Made by a program: the position numbers and the translations under genes
Shown: positions 9,090 to 20,766 of the stretch, one piece after another
Layout of the letters: every line of letters starts with the position of its first letter
How positions within the stretch are numbered: position 1 is the first letter of the stretch
The notes under the pieces: model-generated
What the model was told of the DNA's origin: nothing
The model's database searches: none
Seen by the model: the letters and a program-made list of their open reading frames with translations, nothing else
Assembly (NCBI GenBank): GCA_038131935.1
Contig: JAYPQH010000029.1
Span: 1-27,196, forward strand
Length of the DNA stretch: 27,196 nucleotides
Reading direction: 5' to 3'
DNA from: Alphaproteobacteria bacterium
GTDB taxonomy: Bacteria > Pseudomonadota > Alphaproteobacteria > UBA8317

Positions 9090-10009
9090 ATGAAGTTTAT
9101 ACGTTATCAAGATGTGGATCACAAATTGGATTGGTCGTCTATGGTGCAGGCCTTAAAATCAGGTCAAGAGCTTCCCAAAGCCAAGATTTCTGATCATTTT
9201 ATTCGGCGTGATGATGACACGTTATTGTCGCGCGCGGCATGGATTGACGGGTTGGGTATCGCGGTTAAGTCAGTGACCGTATTTCCTGAGAACGCTCAAA
9301 AGGATCGGCCTACTGTGCAAGGCGCGATGCTTTTGTTTGAGGAAAAAACAGGATCCGCCCATGCAGTTATAGATTCTGCATTGGTGACAAAATGGAAAAC
9401 GATAGCAGATTCATTGTTAGGGGCAAAAATTTTGGCACGCCCTGACAGTAAACATCTCCTTGTCATTGGTGCTGGTCACGTAGCGCAGCATGCCATATCT
9501 GGTTATCTACACATGTTTCCAAATCTTGAAAAAATTTCTGTTCACGCGCGAAGCAAAAACTCTGTTGAGGCGCTTATTCAAGGCGTTTCACGTAACCAGC
9601 CGATGGTTTGTGCTGTTGATGATCTTCGCAAAACTGTGGGGCAAGCGGACATTATTGTTACCGCAACCACCAGCCAACAACCGGTTGTTAAGGGGCATGG
9701 TTAAAACCAGGCGTGCATTTAGATTTGATTGGAGCCTTTAAGATAGATATGCGCGAAGTTGATGATGAAGCATTGTTACGCTCTCGAGTTTTTGTTGATG
9801 CACGCGAAACTGTTTTGGAACATATTGGTGAGTTGGCCATCCCTATCGCGCAAGGGATCATTACTCCAGATTATCTTCTGGGCGACCTTTATGATTTGGT
9901 ACATGGATATTGTGGTCGTACCAATGAAAAAGAAATCACATTATACAAAAATGGCGGCGGTGCCCATCTTGACCTCATGATTGCCCACGAAATTCAAAAA
10001 TTTTTATAA
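9090..10009 (+). CDS. Ornithine cyclodeaminase/mu-crystallin family NAD(P)-dependent protein (possibly an imine reductase); frameshift near 9695
   Basis: AVKSVTVFPEN, VTKWKT, VIGAGHVA, ADIIVTAT, then [W]LKPGVHLDLIGAF..DMREVDD and EITLYKNGGGAHLDL. Confidence 0.85.
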
Positions 10010-11194
10010 CCGCTTGAATTCAAGAAACTCGAGGCGCGTTTTTTCTGGGAGACTGTAAATTGCAGCCCAGGTTAATAGTGAAATACATGCCATGCCTATC
10101 AACATAATGGTGAATCCATGGTTCTTAACCAAAGGCCCTAACAAAGCCACTGCACTGCTGCCAATAACGAATGCCACGCCAATACGTAAGCCTGTCACCC
10201 GTGATCTCATGGAATCGTCAACGTAACGCACCACAACAATATCAGTGAATGGTATCACCCCAAATACTGAGGCCATAAATCCAATGGCGGCCAATATAAA
10301 CCACCATCCTTCAACTTGTGATGCCAATAGCAACAAACAAAACTGGGCAGACACGATGAATAGAAACAGTGGTCGTAAATCCACGCGATCACATAAACGT
10401 CCAACCACGACCTGCGTGAAAGCGGCCACCACATAGATTGCAGCCAAAATCATTCCCAAATCAGTTGGTGACTCCACCAACCCAATGAGGCGCTCTCTTA
10501 ATAGTTCTGTATTGCTGTTTGTGGTGATGTTAAAAATGATCGACGTGGAGCATGCGGCCAGCAGGGTGATGAGCAATATGCGGCTTACTTGTCTGTTCAT
10601 GGGTTTACGCCCTTGATGGCCTTTTGGCGGTGTTGCCTGAGCGATATCCTTGGGCGTGTACAGATGAAATAGAATGCCCATGACAATGCATAAAGCGCCA
10701 GGAATAATGAATGCCCATTCCCACCCAAACCAACTCACCAAATATCCTGTCACGATAGCGGCTCCAGCAACGCCGAGATTGCCTGCAAGATTATTCCATC
10801 CCAGGGCTCGCCCAGGTTTTTCAGCGCTTCTCAGAAGCATTGGTATGCCTACAGGATGGTAAACTGACGCAAAGCTTCCCATTATGGTTAAAATGATCGC
10901 AAGGCTGATCGGGGTTGGAGAAAAAGGAACCAGCATGCAACTAAGTCCTGTTCCAAAGAAGAATAAAAGCATGCTTGGGCGTCGCCCCCAAAAATCGCCA
11001 AGGCGGCCTGACGGAATAGACCCCAAACCGAACATCAGGAAAGCTCCTGCTGTGTACGGCATTAAATCTTGCCAACTCTCCATACCAAATTCAGCTGCCA
11101 TGCTAGAAACCGCTGATGCAAATATCAACAATACCAAATGGTCAACAGCATGGGCAGCATTGAGTAACAATCGCGTTTGAAGAGGTAATGACAT
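10004..11194 (-). CDS. MFS transporter
   Basis: 12-TM-like pattern, motif A GRLGDFWGRR, ASVYHPVG and GNLGVA; probable start ATG 11194. Confidence 0.9.
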   Translation of the reverse strand: MSLPLQTRLLLNAAHAVDHLVLLIFASAVSSMAAEFGMESWQDLMPYTAGAFLMFGLGSIPSGRLGDFWGRRPSMLLFFFGTGLSCMLVPFSPTPISLAIILTIMGSFASVYHPVGIPMLLRSAEKPGRALGWNNLAGNLGVAGAAIVTGYLVSWFGWEWAFIIPGALCIVMGILFHLYTPKDIAQATPPKGHQGRKPMNRQVSRILLITLLAACSTSIIFNITTNSNTELLRERLIGLVESPTDLGMILAAIYVVAAFTQVVVGRLCDRVDLRPLFLFIVSAQFCLLLLASQVEGWWFILAAIGFMASVFGVIPFTDIVVVRYVDDSMRSRVTGLRIGVAFVIGSSAVALLGPLVKNHGFTIMLIGMACISLLTWAAIYSLPEKTRLEFLEFKRL

Positions 11195-11255
11195 GGATGA
11201 TGGCCTTTTTTGGGTTGCCAACAATTTTCATCCTAATTCCTCAAATTTAGCAATA

Positions 11256-12403
11256 TCAATAGGAACGAGGCATCCCCAAAACATGCTCAGCGACATAACT
11301 GAGAATAAGATTGGTAGAAATAGGCGCCACCTGATAAAGCCTGGTTTCGCGGAATTTTCGTTCGATGTCATATTCTTCCGCAAAGCCAAATCCACCATGG
11401 GTTTGTACACAGGCTTCTGCAGCAGCCCAGGAGGCATCGGCTGCTAGCATTTTCACAAGGTTTGCTTCTTCACCTGGATTGTCACCTTTTTCAAACAATC
11501 GAATGGCTTCATGAAGCATCAATTCTGCAGCCCGCATTTGTGCATAAGCTTTTGCAATTGGGAACTGAATACCTTGGTTTTGACCAATGGGACGACCAAA
11601 TACCTGTCTGGTCTTTGCATAATCTGACGCTTTGTCAATAAACCATTTGGCATCACCAATGCACTCGGCAGCAATGAGAATGCGTTCTGCATTCATGCCG
11701 GACAAGATATACCGAAAACCTTTGCCTTCCTCGCCAATGAGTGTTGATTTTGGCACCCTTAAATTATCAAAAAACACTTCATTGGTATTATGATTCATCA
11801 TGGCTCGAATAGGACGAATAGATAGAGCTGCTGGATCAGCTTCACGCATATCAATCAACAATACAGACAAACCGTCTGTTCTTTTCTGTACTTGATCACG
11901 GGGGTTGTCCGACAAAGTAGCAGCATAAGATCTGACTGTTGGGCACGAGATGTCCAAATCTTTTGGCCGTTAATGATATAATGGTCACCATCAGCAACCG
12001 CTGTTGTACGCAATGCGGTGGTGTCTGTACCACTCGTGGGTTCGGTCACACCAAATGCCTGGAGGCGTAGCTTTCCAGAAGCAATTTGTGGAAGATAGGT
12101 ATTCTTTTGTTCATCACTTCCATGACGTAAGACCGTACCCATTGTATACATTTGTGCATGGCAAGCCGCAGCATTACAGCCGGATTGATGTATCTGTTCC
12201 AAAATAGCTGCCCCTGCACCAATGCCCAGGCCAGCTCCACCATACTCCTCTGGGATTAATGCCCCTAAAAATCCAGATGCTGTTAATGCATTAACAAATT
12301 CGTGAGGATACTCTTGATCCCGATCAAGCTGTTGCCAATAGGTACCGGGAAAATCATCGCACAATTTTGCAACGGATTCGCGAATTTCTTGATGTTCTTG
12401 CAT
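11256..12403 (-). CDS. Acyl-CoA dehydrogenase; frameshift near 11905
   Basis: IPEEYGGAG, AFGVTEPTSGTD, INGQKIWTS, TNEVFFDNL, RQVFGRPIGQNQGIQF and QTHGGFGF...ERKFRETRL. Confidence 0.93.
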
Positions 12404-12491
12404 GGGTAATCCTCTTGAAAATTTGTTTTAAATTCTTGCTGATGGGACATAAAGTCAAGGGGGTGTAACGTGAGATATTGGCGCAGTAAAT

Positions 12492-13247
12492 CTAATGAGA
12501 TGACATATCTTTTGACAGAATATGAATGGGAATCCCTCTTCTTTCTGGACGTTTGTGATATTTTGCGCCTTTCAAAAAAGTGCGCAACGCATGCCAATGA
12601 ATAGCCATGATGACCCCAAGGCTATGCGGAAATCTCTGAATGATGAGTTTAAATGAAATTTTATGTCCAATATTTTTCCAACGATGTGTTGCCAATAATC
12701 CAAAAGGTCCGTCATGGGTATAGCGTATGACCATACTTCCACCCATGTTGCTTTGACGGCTTGAGAATACATAAACACCCTTTGTCGAGAAAAAAGGTGA
12801 TACATGAAACGACTTAACACCTGAATGACGCATATTTGGTGGGTGTGGAAAAACGTAATGGGTATGCTCGCCAAATGTATTGGATACCTCATAAATAATC
12901 GCTGCGATTTCATCTTTATACCAACATCTAAAGGTAGCCATTGGATTGAAACCATACCCAATAAACCTTGGGAACGCTTGTAATTCTATGAACTCAGGCG
13001 TCCATGAAATATTTCCATGTTGCAAGATCTTTTCGATATAGGGTCTTAGTTCTGTTCCATTTCTTGGGCCAAAATCTTGACGACGAAATGTTAACAGGGG
13101 CCATCTTCCAATATTGTAAAATGAGACGATTTGTTTTTGATCTAACTCGTCAACGTCGCATGTCACAGATAGGACTTTATGTCTGAGTTCATGGGTAACC
13201 TGACCTTCTCTTTGATGCACCACAATACCGTCTTGGAACTCAAACAT
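12492..13247 (-). CDS. DUF1365 family protein (UfaO/RSP1090-like)
   Basis: G.VVHQR, PRFIGYGFNP, YEVSNTFGEH..Y, KSFHVSPF and IHWHALR.FLKG; TAATG coupling to the upstream oxidoreductase. Confidence 0.88.
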   Translation of the reverse strand: MFEFQDGIVVHQREGQVTHELRHKVLSVTCDVDELDQKQIVSFYNIGRWPLLTFRRQDFGPRNGTELRPYIEKILQHGNISWTPEFIELQAFPRFIGYGFNPMATFRCWYKDEIAAIIYEVSNTFGEHTHYVFPHPPNMRHSGVKSFHVSPFFSTKGVYVFSSRQSNMGGSMVIRYTHDGPFGLLATHRWKNIGHKISFKLIIQRFPHSLGVIMAIHWHALRTFLKGAKYHKRPERRGIPIHILSKDMSSH

Positions 13248-14564
13248 TACGAACCTATATGCTTGCGTGCGCTGGATTTAACTTGCAGGTGATGCCACCA
13301 TTCCGGTGCACTTCCTATCCTTGCTGCAATGGCAAATCCTGCCTCAGCACCATCTTCATGAAAGCCATATCCCGACCAAGCCCCGCCATAATAAATGCCA
13401 CCGTGTCCTTGGAGGTCAGAAAGGTTTTCCTGTAATGACCTCATGGCATGGTTCATTAAGGGATGCTTGTATGTTCGTTGGGCGCATATTTGAGAATGAT
13501 CCAGGGATGATGATGGATTAAAGGGTAACAAAATAGTTTTTGTTGGTTCGTAACGGCTGTAACTTATTCATCCAATAGGTTAGTGAAACGCCAGAATGAT
13601 TTCCATGTTGAAGGACGTTCCAGCTAGACCATACATTCTTGTAATAGGGCATTTGTGATGTGTCTGTGTGTAGAACCGCTTTGTTTGATGAAAATTGAAC
13701 GGCAGCCAATAATTTTTTTTCCGCGTCAAGCGCGCTGTCTCCAAGCATTGATAGTATGTTGTCAGCATGAACAGCCAGCACCACGATGTCATAAGTTGTC
13801 GATATCCCCCCTGCCCTGACCACAACATGACCATTTGGGTCTCTTATGACATCATGAACTTTCGTGTTTAATTGGATATGATCAATATGTTTGCTTAAGC
13901 GTGAGACGTAAGCCTGGCTACCTCCTTTGATGGTGTACCAAGTGGGCCGGTCAAAGAAGTGAAATAATCCATGATGACGAAAAAAATCCAAGAATGCCTG
14001 GGCTGGAAACGCCCCAACATCTCGGTGTGGTGTTGACCATATAGCTGCCACCATGGGCTTAATATGAAACTCATAAATTTCCTCACCTAAACGCAAATTT
14101 TCTACATATTGTTGCAAACTCATATGTGAAAACTTATGGCTCACATATGAATCTTTTTGACCTTGTCGATATAAACGTATCAAATCAGCCAACATGCTGC
14201 GATATTGCTTATCAAGCCAAGGACTTAGCCGTCCAAAAAGACCTTTAAAGTGACCCGCATACTCAAAAAAATTTGCGTCTGTGCGACGTGAAACGCAAAA
14301 GGACATATCTGAGCGCACAGGTGTGACGCCAATGGTTTGAAGTAATCTTGAAAAAGCAGGATATGTGCGATCATTTAACACGATGAAGCCCATATCAATT
14401 CCTATTGGTTTGCCACCATCATTCACAAATTCTGTATCGGCATGACCACCTAATTTATGGGAGGCTTCATACAATGTAACATGATGCTTTATGCTAAGCG
14501 CATATGCACATGCCATACCCGTGATGCCACCGCCAACAATCGCTATTCGTTGCTTCTTTTCCAT
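13247..14564 (-). CDS. FAD-dependent oxidoreductase, COG2907 (UfaD/RSP1091-like fatty acid desaturase); frameshift near 13520
   Basis: IAIVGGGITG, LGGHADT, DMGFIVLNDRTYP, SDMSF, WSSWN, LTYWMNKLQ, FVTL[N]P, Y.HP and GAWSGYGFHEDG. Confidence 0.9.
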
Positions 14565-14820
14565 GCTTTTCCATACCAGCAATTCAACTTTTATTGCTTA
14601 TGGACCAATGTTTGACGTCACGTCTATGAGTCATTCCTCTCAGGTGTCATGGCGATGACAAAACTCAATAACAACCTTGAATTACAGAATACTGTGACTA
14701 TTTCATTTATACGAAAATGATTATTGTACATTTATACCGTGACAATGGGACGTATTGATGCCCCAGTCTGGGGGCTGCATACTAACGAATAACATTGCCA
14801 AATTTGTTGAGGTAGGTGCC

Positions 14821-15447
14821 ATGAACAGTCATGCACATCATCTGGATCGAGATTGGATTTTAGAACGTGCTGCAGGCACTTTGGATCCATGTTTAGAACT
14901 TGTTGTTGACGCGCATGCTGAACTTTGTGCGCAATGCGGTGAGGACTTGAAACGAGCACAACAGATTGGCCTCGAAATTATTTCTGCAATGGATGGGCGT
15001 AAATATCAATTAGATTATAATGTTGTTTCATCTGCATGTGAGCATGATGATGTGATGCTTTTGGAAGAGAAACTTCCTATACCCAATGTTGTGCAGCGTT
15101 TCTGCGCAGAAAGCGACAGCCGTCAGCGCAGACTAGGCCCACTAGAAGAAACTGTTCTTCTCGAGAGTGCGAATGGCTATAAAGCACGTTTGTTAAAAAT
15201 TCACGCAGGTGCACGCATACCCTCTCACACACATGAAGGTGAGGAAGTTACTTTGGTGCTTCATGGCGGCTACACAGACGGTAACATGCATTTTGGTCCA
15301 GGTGACATCTCTCTTGCTGACGAACGCATTGATCATGCCCCTGTCGCTGATCCAGATGGACCCTGTTACGTTCTTGCCGTGAACGTGGGACGCATTAAGC
15401 TAACTGGTGTGATTGGTCGACACTTTAACCCCTTCGTTCGTTTTTGA
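14821..15447 (+). CDS. chrR: ChrR family anti-sigma-E factor (ZAS domain + cupin)
   Basis: N-terminal HH...AAGTL...HAELCAQC (H...HxxxCxxC zinc site) and cupin ARLLKI.AG..IPSHTHEGEEVTLVL.G...D...DHAP. ATG 14821 follows GAGGT. Confidence 0.9.
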   Translation: MNSHAHHLDRDWILERAAGTLDPCLELVVDAHAELCAQCGEDLKRAQQIGLEIISAMDGRKYQLDYNVVSSACEHDDVMLLEEKLPIPNVVQRFCAESDSRQRRLGPLEETVLLESANGYKARLLKIHAGARIPSHTHEGEEVTLVLHGGYTDGNMHFGPGDISLADERIDHAPVADPDGPCYVLAVNVGRIKLTGVIGRHFNPFVRF

Positions 15448-15567
15448 TGCTATTGGTTAAAGTTTGCTAATATCATTTCCTGTTGAAGATAACATTAAGT
15501 TGTGTATGGCTGTGCACGACGGGCTTGTTTGGTAGCTTATAGTCCTGTTTGATTGTGGAGAGGATAT

Positions 15568-17305
15568 ATGTTTATCAGCATATTGATTTTATCTGTTGCG
15601 GTGCTTTCAATCACACCATTTTCGATTGCCTTGGCAGGTTTGGCCATGTTGGGACAACCTGACTGGAATGGTGTTGCGGCTCTACCTTATGTTAATCAAA
15701 ATGCACCGAAAGGTGGTACGTTTGTCATTGGTCATGTGGGAAGCTTTAACAATCTCAATCCTTTTCATATAAAAGGACACGCACCATACGAATTACGTCT
15801 TTACGTCCATGAATCATTAGGAACACGTGATTGGGATGAACCATTTAGCGTCCATGGAAACTTAGCCTCCAAAATTTTTCTCAACAAAGCAGGTGATGTT
15901 ATTACATTTACGTTGGACGAAGACGCTACATTTGCCGATGGGGAGCCAGTGCTGGCAGACGATGTAGCTTTTTCTTTTCATTTGTTGGCAAAACATGGCC
16001 GGCCAAACCATCGTAGCTTCTATGGAATGGTTGATGAGGTGAGCATTGTTAATGACAAGACGATATCCTTCCATATACCTGCTAGTAATAGAGAATTACC
16101 ACTTATCTTGTCTCTCATGCCCATTTTGCCGAAACATATTGTATCAGTTGAGCAGTTTGCTCGGGGCGATCTGTTTGAAATAATGGGGACCGGTCCTTAC
16201 GAAGTTGTAGATTATCAAGTCGGACAATTTGTAGAATTAAGACGCCGCCCTGGTTATTGGGGATGGGAACGTATGATACATAAGGGCCGATTTAATTTTG
16301 ATCACATTAGAATAGAATATTATCGAGATGGTCAGGCTTTATTTGAAGCCTTTAAAGCAGGTCTTGTCTCATATTACCATGAAACGGACCCAGTGCAGTG
16401 GCAAGATCGTTATGACTTCTCGTGTGCAAAAATGGAAATGTAAAAAATATCAAATTTCCCATGGCCGTCCATCGGGATTAGAAGGTGTTGTCTTAAATAT
16501 GCGCCAGCCACCGTTTGATAAAGAAGGGGTTCGAGGTGCTTTGAAGGTTTTGTTTGAGCAAAACAACATCGGTGAAACATTATATGGTGGCTTGCGCCAA
16601 CCAATTAAACATTATTTTTCTCCCCTTAACCTAGGTCCGAAACCCTCTATTGCCATGCAACGCTGCATGAAAAGTGATGCAATGTTGGAACAAAATTCAA
16701 ACCAGGTAAATATAACCACCCGACAACGCTGGAGACGTGCCATGCAATTGTTAAAGGGGGAAGGTTTTACACTTCAGAATGGTCAGTGGTATGACCCTGA
16801 AGGAAAACAATTTGGCTTTGAAATTATGATACGTGATGGGGCGAGTGAACGTATTTTGGTTCCATACACTCATCAACTGAAGCGTTTTGGGATAAATGCA
16901 ACGGTTCGTGTTGTGGATAGTGCTCAATTCACCGATCGCATGCAAAGGTTTGCATTTGATGCCACAATTTGGCGTTGGTATGCCTCTTTATCACCTGGCA
17001 ACGAGCAGCGCTATTATTGGGGGACAGATGCAGCGGATACTGAGGGTAGCCGAAATTATGCTGGTATCAAGTCACCTTGTATTGACGAAGCCATAACACG
17101 ACTTGTGAGCGCGGATACCAAAGGTGCATTTCGTGAGGCCATGTATGATCTGGCGGTTGGTATTCAATCAACAAATGCTATTATCCCATTCTACTTCGAC
17201 AGTCATGACCTTTTGGCTGTGGATTCGCGTTATGCCTTGCCTAAGAAATTCCATTATAGCGGTTATCAATTAGAAACATGGTGGTCATCCCTCTCAAGGG
17301 AGTAA
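15568..17305 (+). CDS. ABC transporter extracellular solute-binding protein, family 5 (YejA-like); frameshift near 16430
   Basis: PYVNQNAPKGG, GSFNNLNPF, DEPFSVHG.LA, GTGPY, GRFNFD.I..EYYRD, SLSPGNEQRYYWG and GSRNYAGI. Confidence 0.88.
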
Positions 17306-17329
17306 ATCATCATAACCAAAAATGATTAT

Positions 17330-20300
17330 TTAACCTTTGGTTTGCTGTGCAATGCTGACGAGTTCATTGACGATTTGGTGCAATCCTTTAAGTCTTGCTA
17401 AGGGACTCGTCCAAGTTTTTGTGATGACGAGACGATGATCTGGTCTAACACGGATACTGCCACGCGATTGATCAATAAAGGAGAGCAATCCGGTAGGATT
17501 TTCAAATTGATCATTTAAAAAGCCAAGAAGAACACCTTTAGGACCCGCATCAATTCGATCGATTTTTGCTTGGCGACAACTATTTTTTAATTTGATAACG
17601 CGTAGAAGATGATCAACCTCTACCGGTAAAGGGCCAAATCTATCTATCAATTCCGCACCAAATTGATCCACCATTTCATGATCATCAAGTTCACCCAACC
17701 GTCTGTATAGACTCAGGCGAAGGTCCAAATCCGCCACATAGTTCTGTGGGATAAGAACAGACAAATCTAGATTTATTGATGGAGAAAACTGATGAGAGCT
17801 ATGTTCGGTTGAACCATCTTGTGATGACAATTCGGCAACAGCATCTTCAAGCATTGACTGATACAATTCAAAGCCAACTCTTTAATATGACCTGATTGGT
17901 CATCACCAAGTAGGTTTCCTGCACCACGAAGATCCAAATCATGGCTGGCCAACGTAAATCCAGCTCCTAAAGAATCAAGAGATTGAAGAATTTGAAGCCT
18001 CTTCTCCGCTGATGTTGTTAACATTTTGCGCGGGCTGGTGGTGAGGTAGGTGTATCCCTCACTTGGATCGGCCTACCTGACCTCTCAACTGATACAATTG
18101 TGCCAGGCCGAATTGATCCGCGTGATGAATGATCATGGTGTTGGCACTGGGGATGTCCAGTCCGGACTCAATAATAGTCGTTGCGAGCAGAACATCATAA
18201 CGGCCGTCATAATAGCCATTCATAATATCATCCAATTCGCCAGATGGCATTTGGCCATGACCTGTTCGGAATGTAATTTCAGGGACTTGCTCACGAAGAA
18301 ACTCTTCCAAGTCTCGAAGATCTTTGATCCGCGGTACAACAAGGAAACTTTGCCCTCCACGGTATTTCTCACGAAGTAGTGCTTCTCTGATCATAACGGC
18401 ATCAAATGGTGAAACATAAGTCCGTACGGCCAAGCGGTCCACGGGTGGTGTCGTTATTAAAGATAAGTCTCTAGCACCTGATAAGGCGAGCTGCAGGGTT
18501 CTAGGGATAGGTGTGGCACTCAAGGTAAGCACATGAACATCGGCGCGCAATTGTTTGAGTTTTTCTTTATGGGCCACCCCGAAATGCTGTTCCTCATCAA
18601 TGATCACCAAGCCAAGATCACGAAACTGAACATCTTTTGAAAACAAAGCGTGGGTTCCGATCACCAAGTCGATACGGCCATCTTTAAGCCCTTCCTTAAC
18701 GGCGTTGCTTTCTCGTTGGCCTACCATCCGAGAGAGTTGACCAATACGGATAGGCCAGCCTTCAAAACGCTCCTCAAAATTTCTGGTATGTTGCCGTGCT
18801 AATAATGTTGTGGGCACGACCAAAGCAACTTGTTTACCCTGTATGGCAACAAGGAACGCTGCACGTAGTGCAACCTCTGTTTTGCCAAATCCAACATCTC
18901 CGCAAATAAGACGGTCCATAGGTATGCCACGATGGAGGTCCGATACAACTTCACCAATAGCACGCAATTGATCTTCTGTTTCATCATAAGGAGAACGAGC
19001 GCAAAAATCATGAAAAATGGCGTCGTGCCCATCGAATTGAGGAGCTTGTTTGAGCTTTCTTAGGGCTGCTGTCTTCATCAGCCCCTCCGCCATTTCTGCA
19101 ATTTTTTCTTTTAATTTTGCCTTCTTTGCTTGCCAAGCACCGCCTCCGAGGCGATCGAGATGAGCCATGACATCATCACCGCCATAGCGGGTTAGTCTGT
19201 CAATATTTTCAACAGGCAGATAAAGTTTATCTCCGCCATGATATTCTAGATGAAGGCAATCATGTGGTGCACCACCGACCTCAAGGGTCTCAAGCCCTAA
19301 ATATCTGCCGATGCCATGATCAATATGTACCACAAGGTCACCGGGATGAAGACTTGACGCTTCAGCAAGAAAGCGCTCGGCATTGCGTCGCTTGGCTTTG
19401 CGGATCATGCGCATTCCAACAACATCAGCTTCACCGATGACGCATAAGTCCTTTGTCTCGAACCCATGTTCAAGGCTCAGGACAATAACAGGCATAAGCC
19501 GTTTGTCGAGCTTATGGGCATCCAACCAACTATCAGCCGCAACGGCGCGTTCAAAACCTTGATCTCGAAGCAGAGCCATCATCCGATCTCGTGATCCTTC
19601 AGTATGGCAGGCAAGAATTACTTTTTTTGTTGAAAGAGTTTCCAAAAGGTCCTGCACGAAAACAGAAAAAATATTTGTGCCTTTTTGTTTGCGTTCAGAT
19701 GTGTAGTCTTTGGTTCTCTTCCCATCAAATTGGGTAATATGATCGGCCTCTGGGCGTATATCAGCTGTTAAGATGGTGCTTTGATCCTGCAGTTGTGTCC
19801 AATCATTTTCACTGAGGTAAAGTTCTTTCGGTTGAATAAGACGGTACGTATCACCACGGCCCTCCTGGTGAAGTCGAGCTTGGTGATAGTCGGTGATTTC
19901 CCCGCGACGTTCATCGGCTGCAGCGAGGCTTAATTCTGTCATGTAAATTTCAGAAAAAGAGGTAAAATCCGTTAAAGTTGTTAGATGATCATGAAACAAG
20001 GGAAGCAAATGCTCAGCGCCACGAAAGCGTTGCCCCGCACTTATGGCTTCCAACATCGGGTCATCAGATGCACTCGCCCCAAAGCGAGCAAGGTATTTTT
20101 GACGAAATTGCGCTGTTGTTCGACCATCAAGCCATATTCAGTTGCAGGTAGTAAGATAAATCCCTTGATAGCCTTGGTTCGCAACTGACTTTCTGGGTCA
20201 AAGCGATGCATACTTTCTATTTGTGAACCAAAAAGATCAATTCTGATTGGCGCCAAACGACCTGATGGAAAAATATCAATGATCCCTCCACGTACTGCAA

Positions 20301-20751
20301 ATTCGCCACTTTCTCTGACTGTGCCAGTTCTTAAATAACCTTGGTTTGCCAACCAACGTAGCAATCGTTCTACACGTATTTCGCGGCCAACTGCTAATTT
20401 GAGAATATGCTCTTTTATAAAATCTTTTGTCGGCACACGCTGAGAGAGCGCATTGATTGTTGTTACAAGAAACAGAGGCTCTTCTTCTTGGCGGGTAATA
20501 CGTTCGAGGGTCGATAAGCGGCGTGATACAATATCTGGAGATGGAGACACACGGTCAAATGGCAATAAATCCCATGCGGGAAACAGATGAACCTGTAATT
20601 CTGGGCAAAAAAATTGAAGTTGCTGAACCAAACGCTCAGCACGGGTGCCATCATGGGTTACCAGAAGTGATCTTGAACCATATTTCTGCTGACGCTCAGC
20701 GAGCAGTAACGCATCAAAACCTTCTGGTAAGCCTGTCCAAAGTGATGACAT
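17330..20751 (-). CDS. mfd: Transcription-repair coupling factor; frameshifts near 20125, 18060 and 17873
   Basis: AWDLLPFDRVSP, GEFAVRGGIIDIF, GDLVVHIDHGIGRY (RID), CGDVGFGKTEVA, DEEQHFG, SATPIPRTL, DLDLRGAGNLLG and the TRCF domain RLSLYRRL...ELIDRFG. Confidence 0.96.
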
Positions 20752-20766
20752 ATTGTTATTCCAAAC

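Noticed and set aside
62-14645. 10-mer CCTCTCAGGT present at both 62-71 and 14636-14645
   Set aside because: Shared 10-mers are expected by chance in 27 kb and the flanks do not align.
14583-14820. Possible rpoE remnant or small ORF upstream of chrR
   Set aside because: Only very short ORFs (about 23 aa or less in the frames I read) with no sigma region 2 or 4 similarity.
15568-17305. Solute-binding protein without permease or ATPase genes
   Set aside because: A stand-alone YejA-like SBP next to mfd is, as I recall, a common alphaproteobacterial arrangement.
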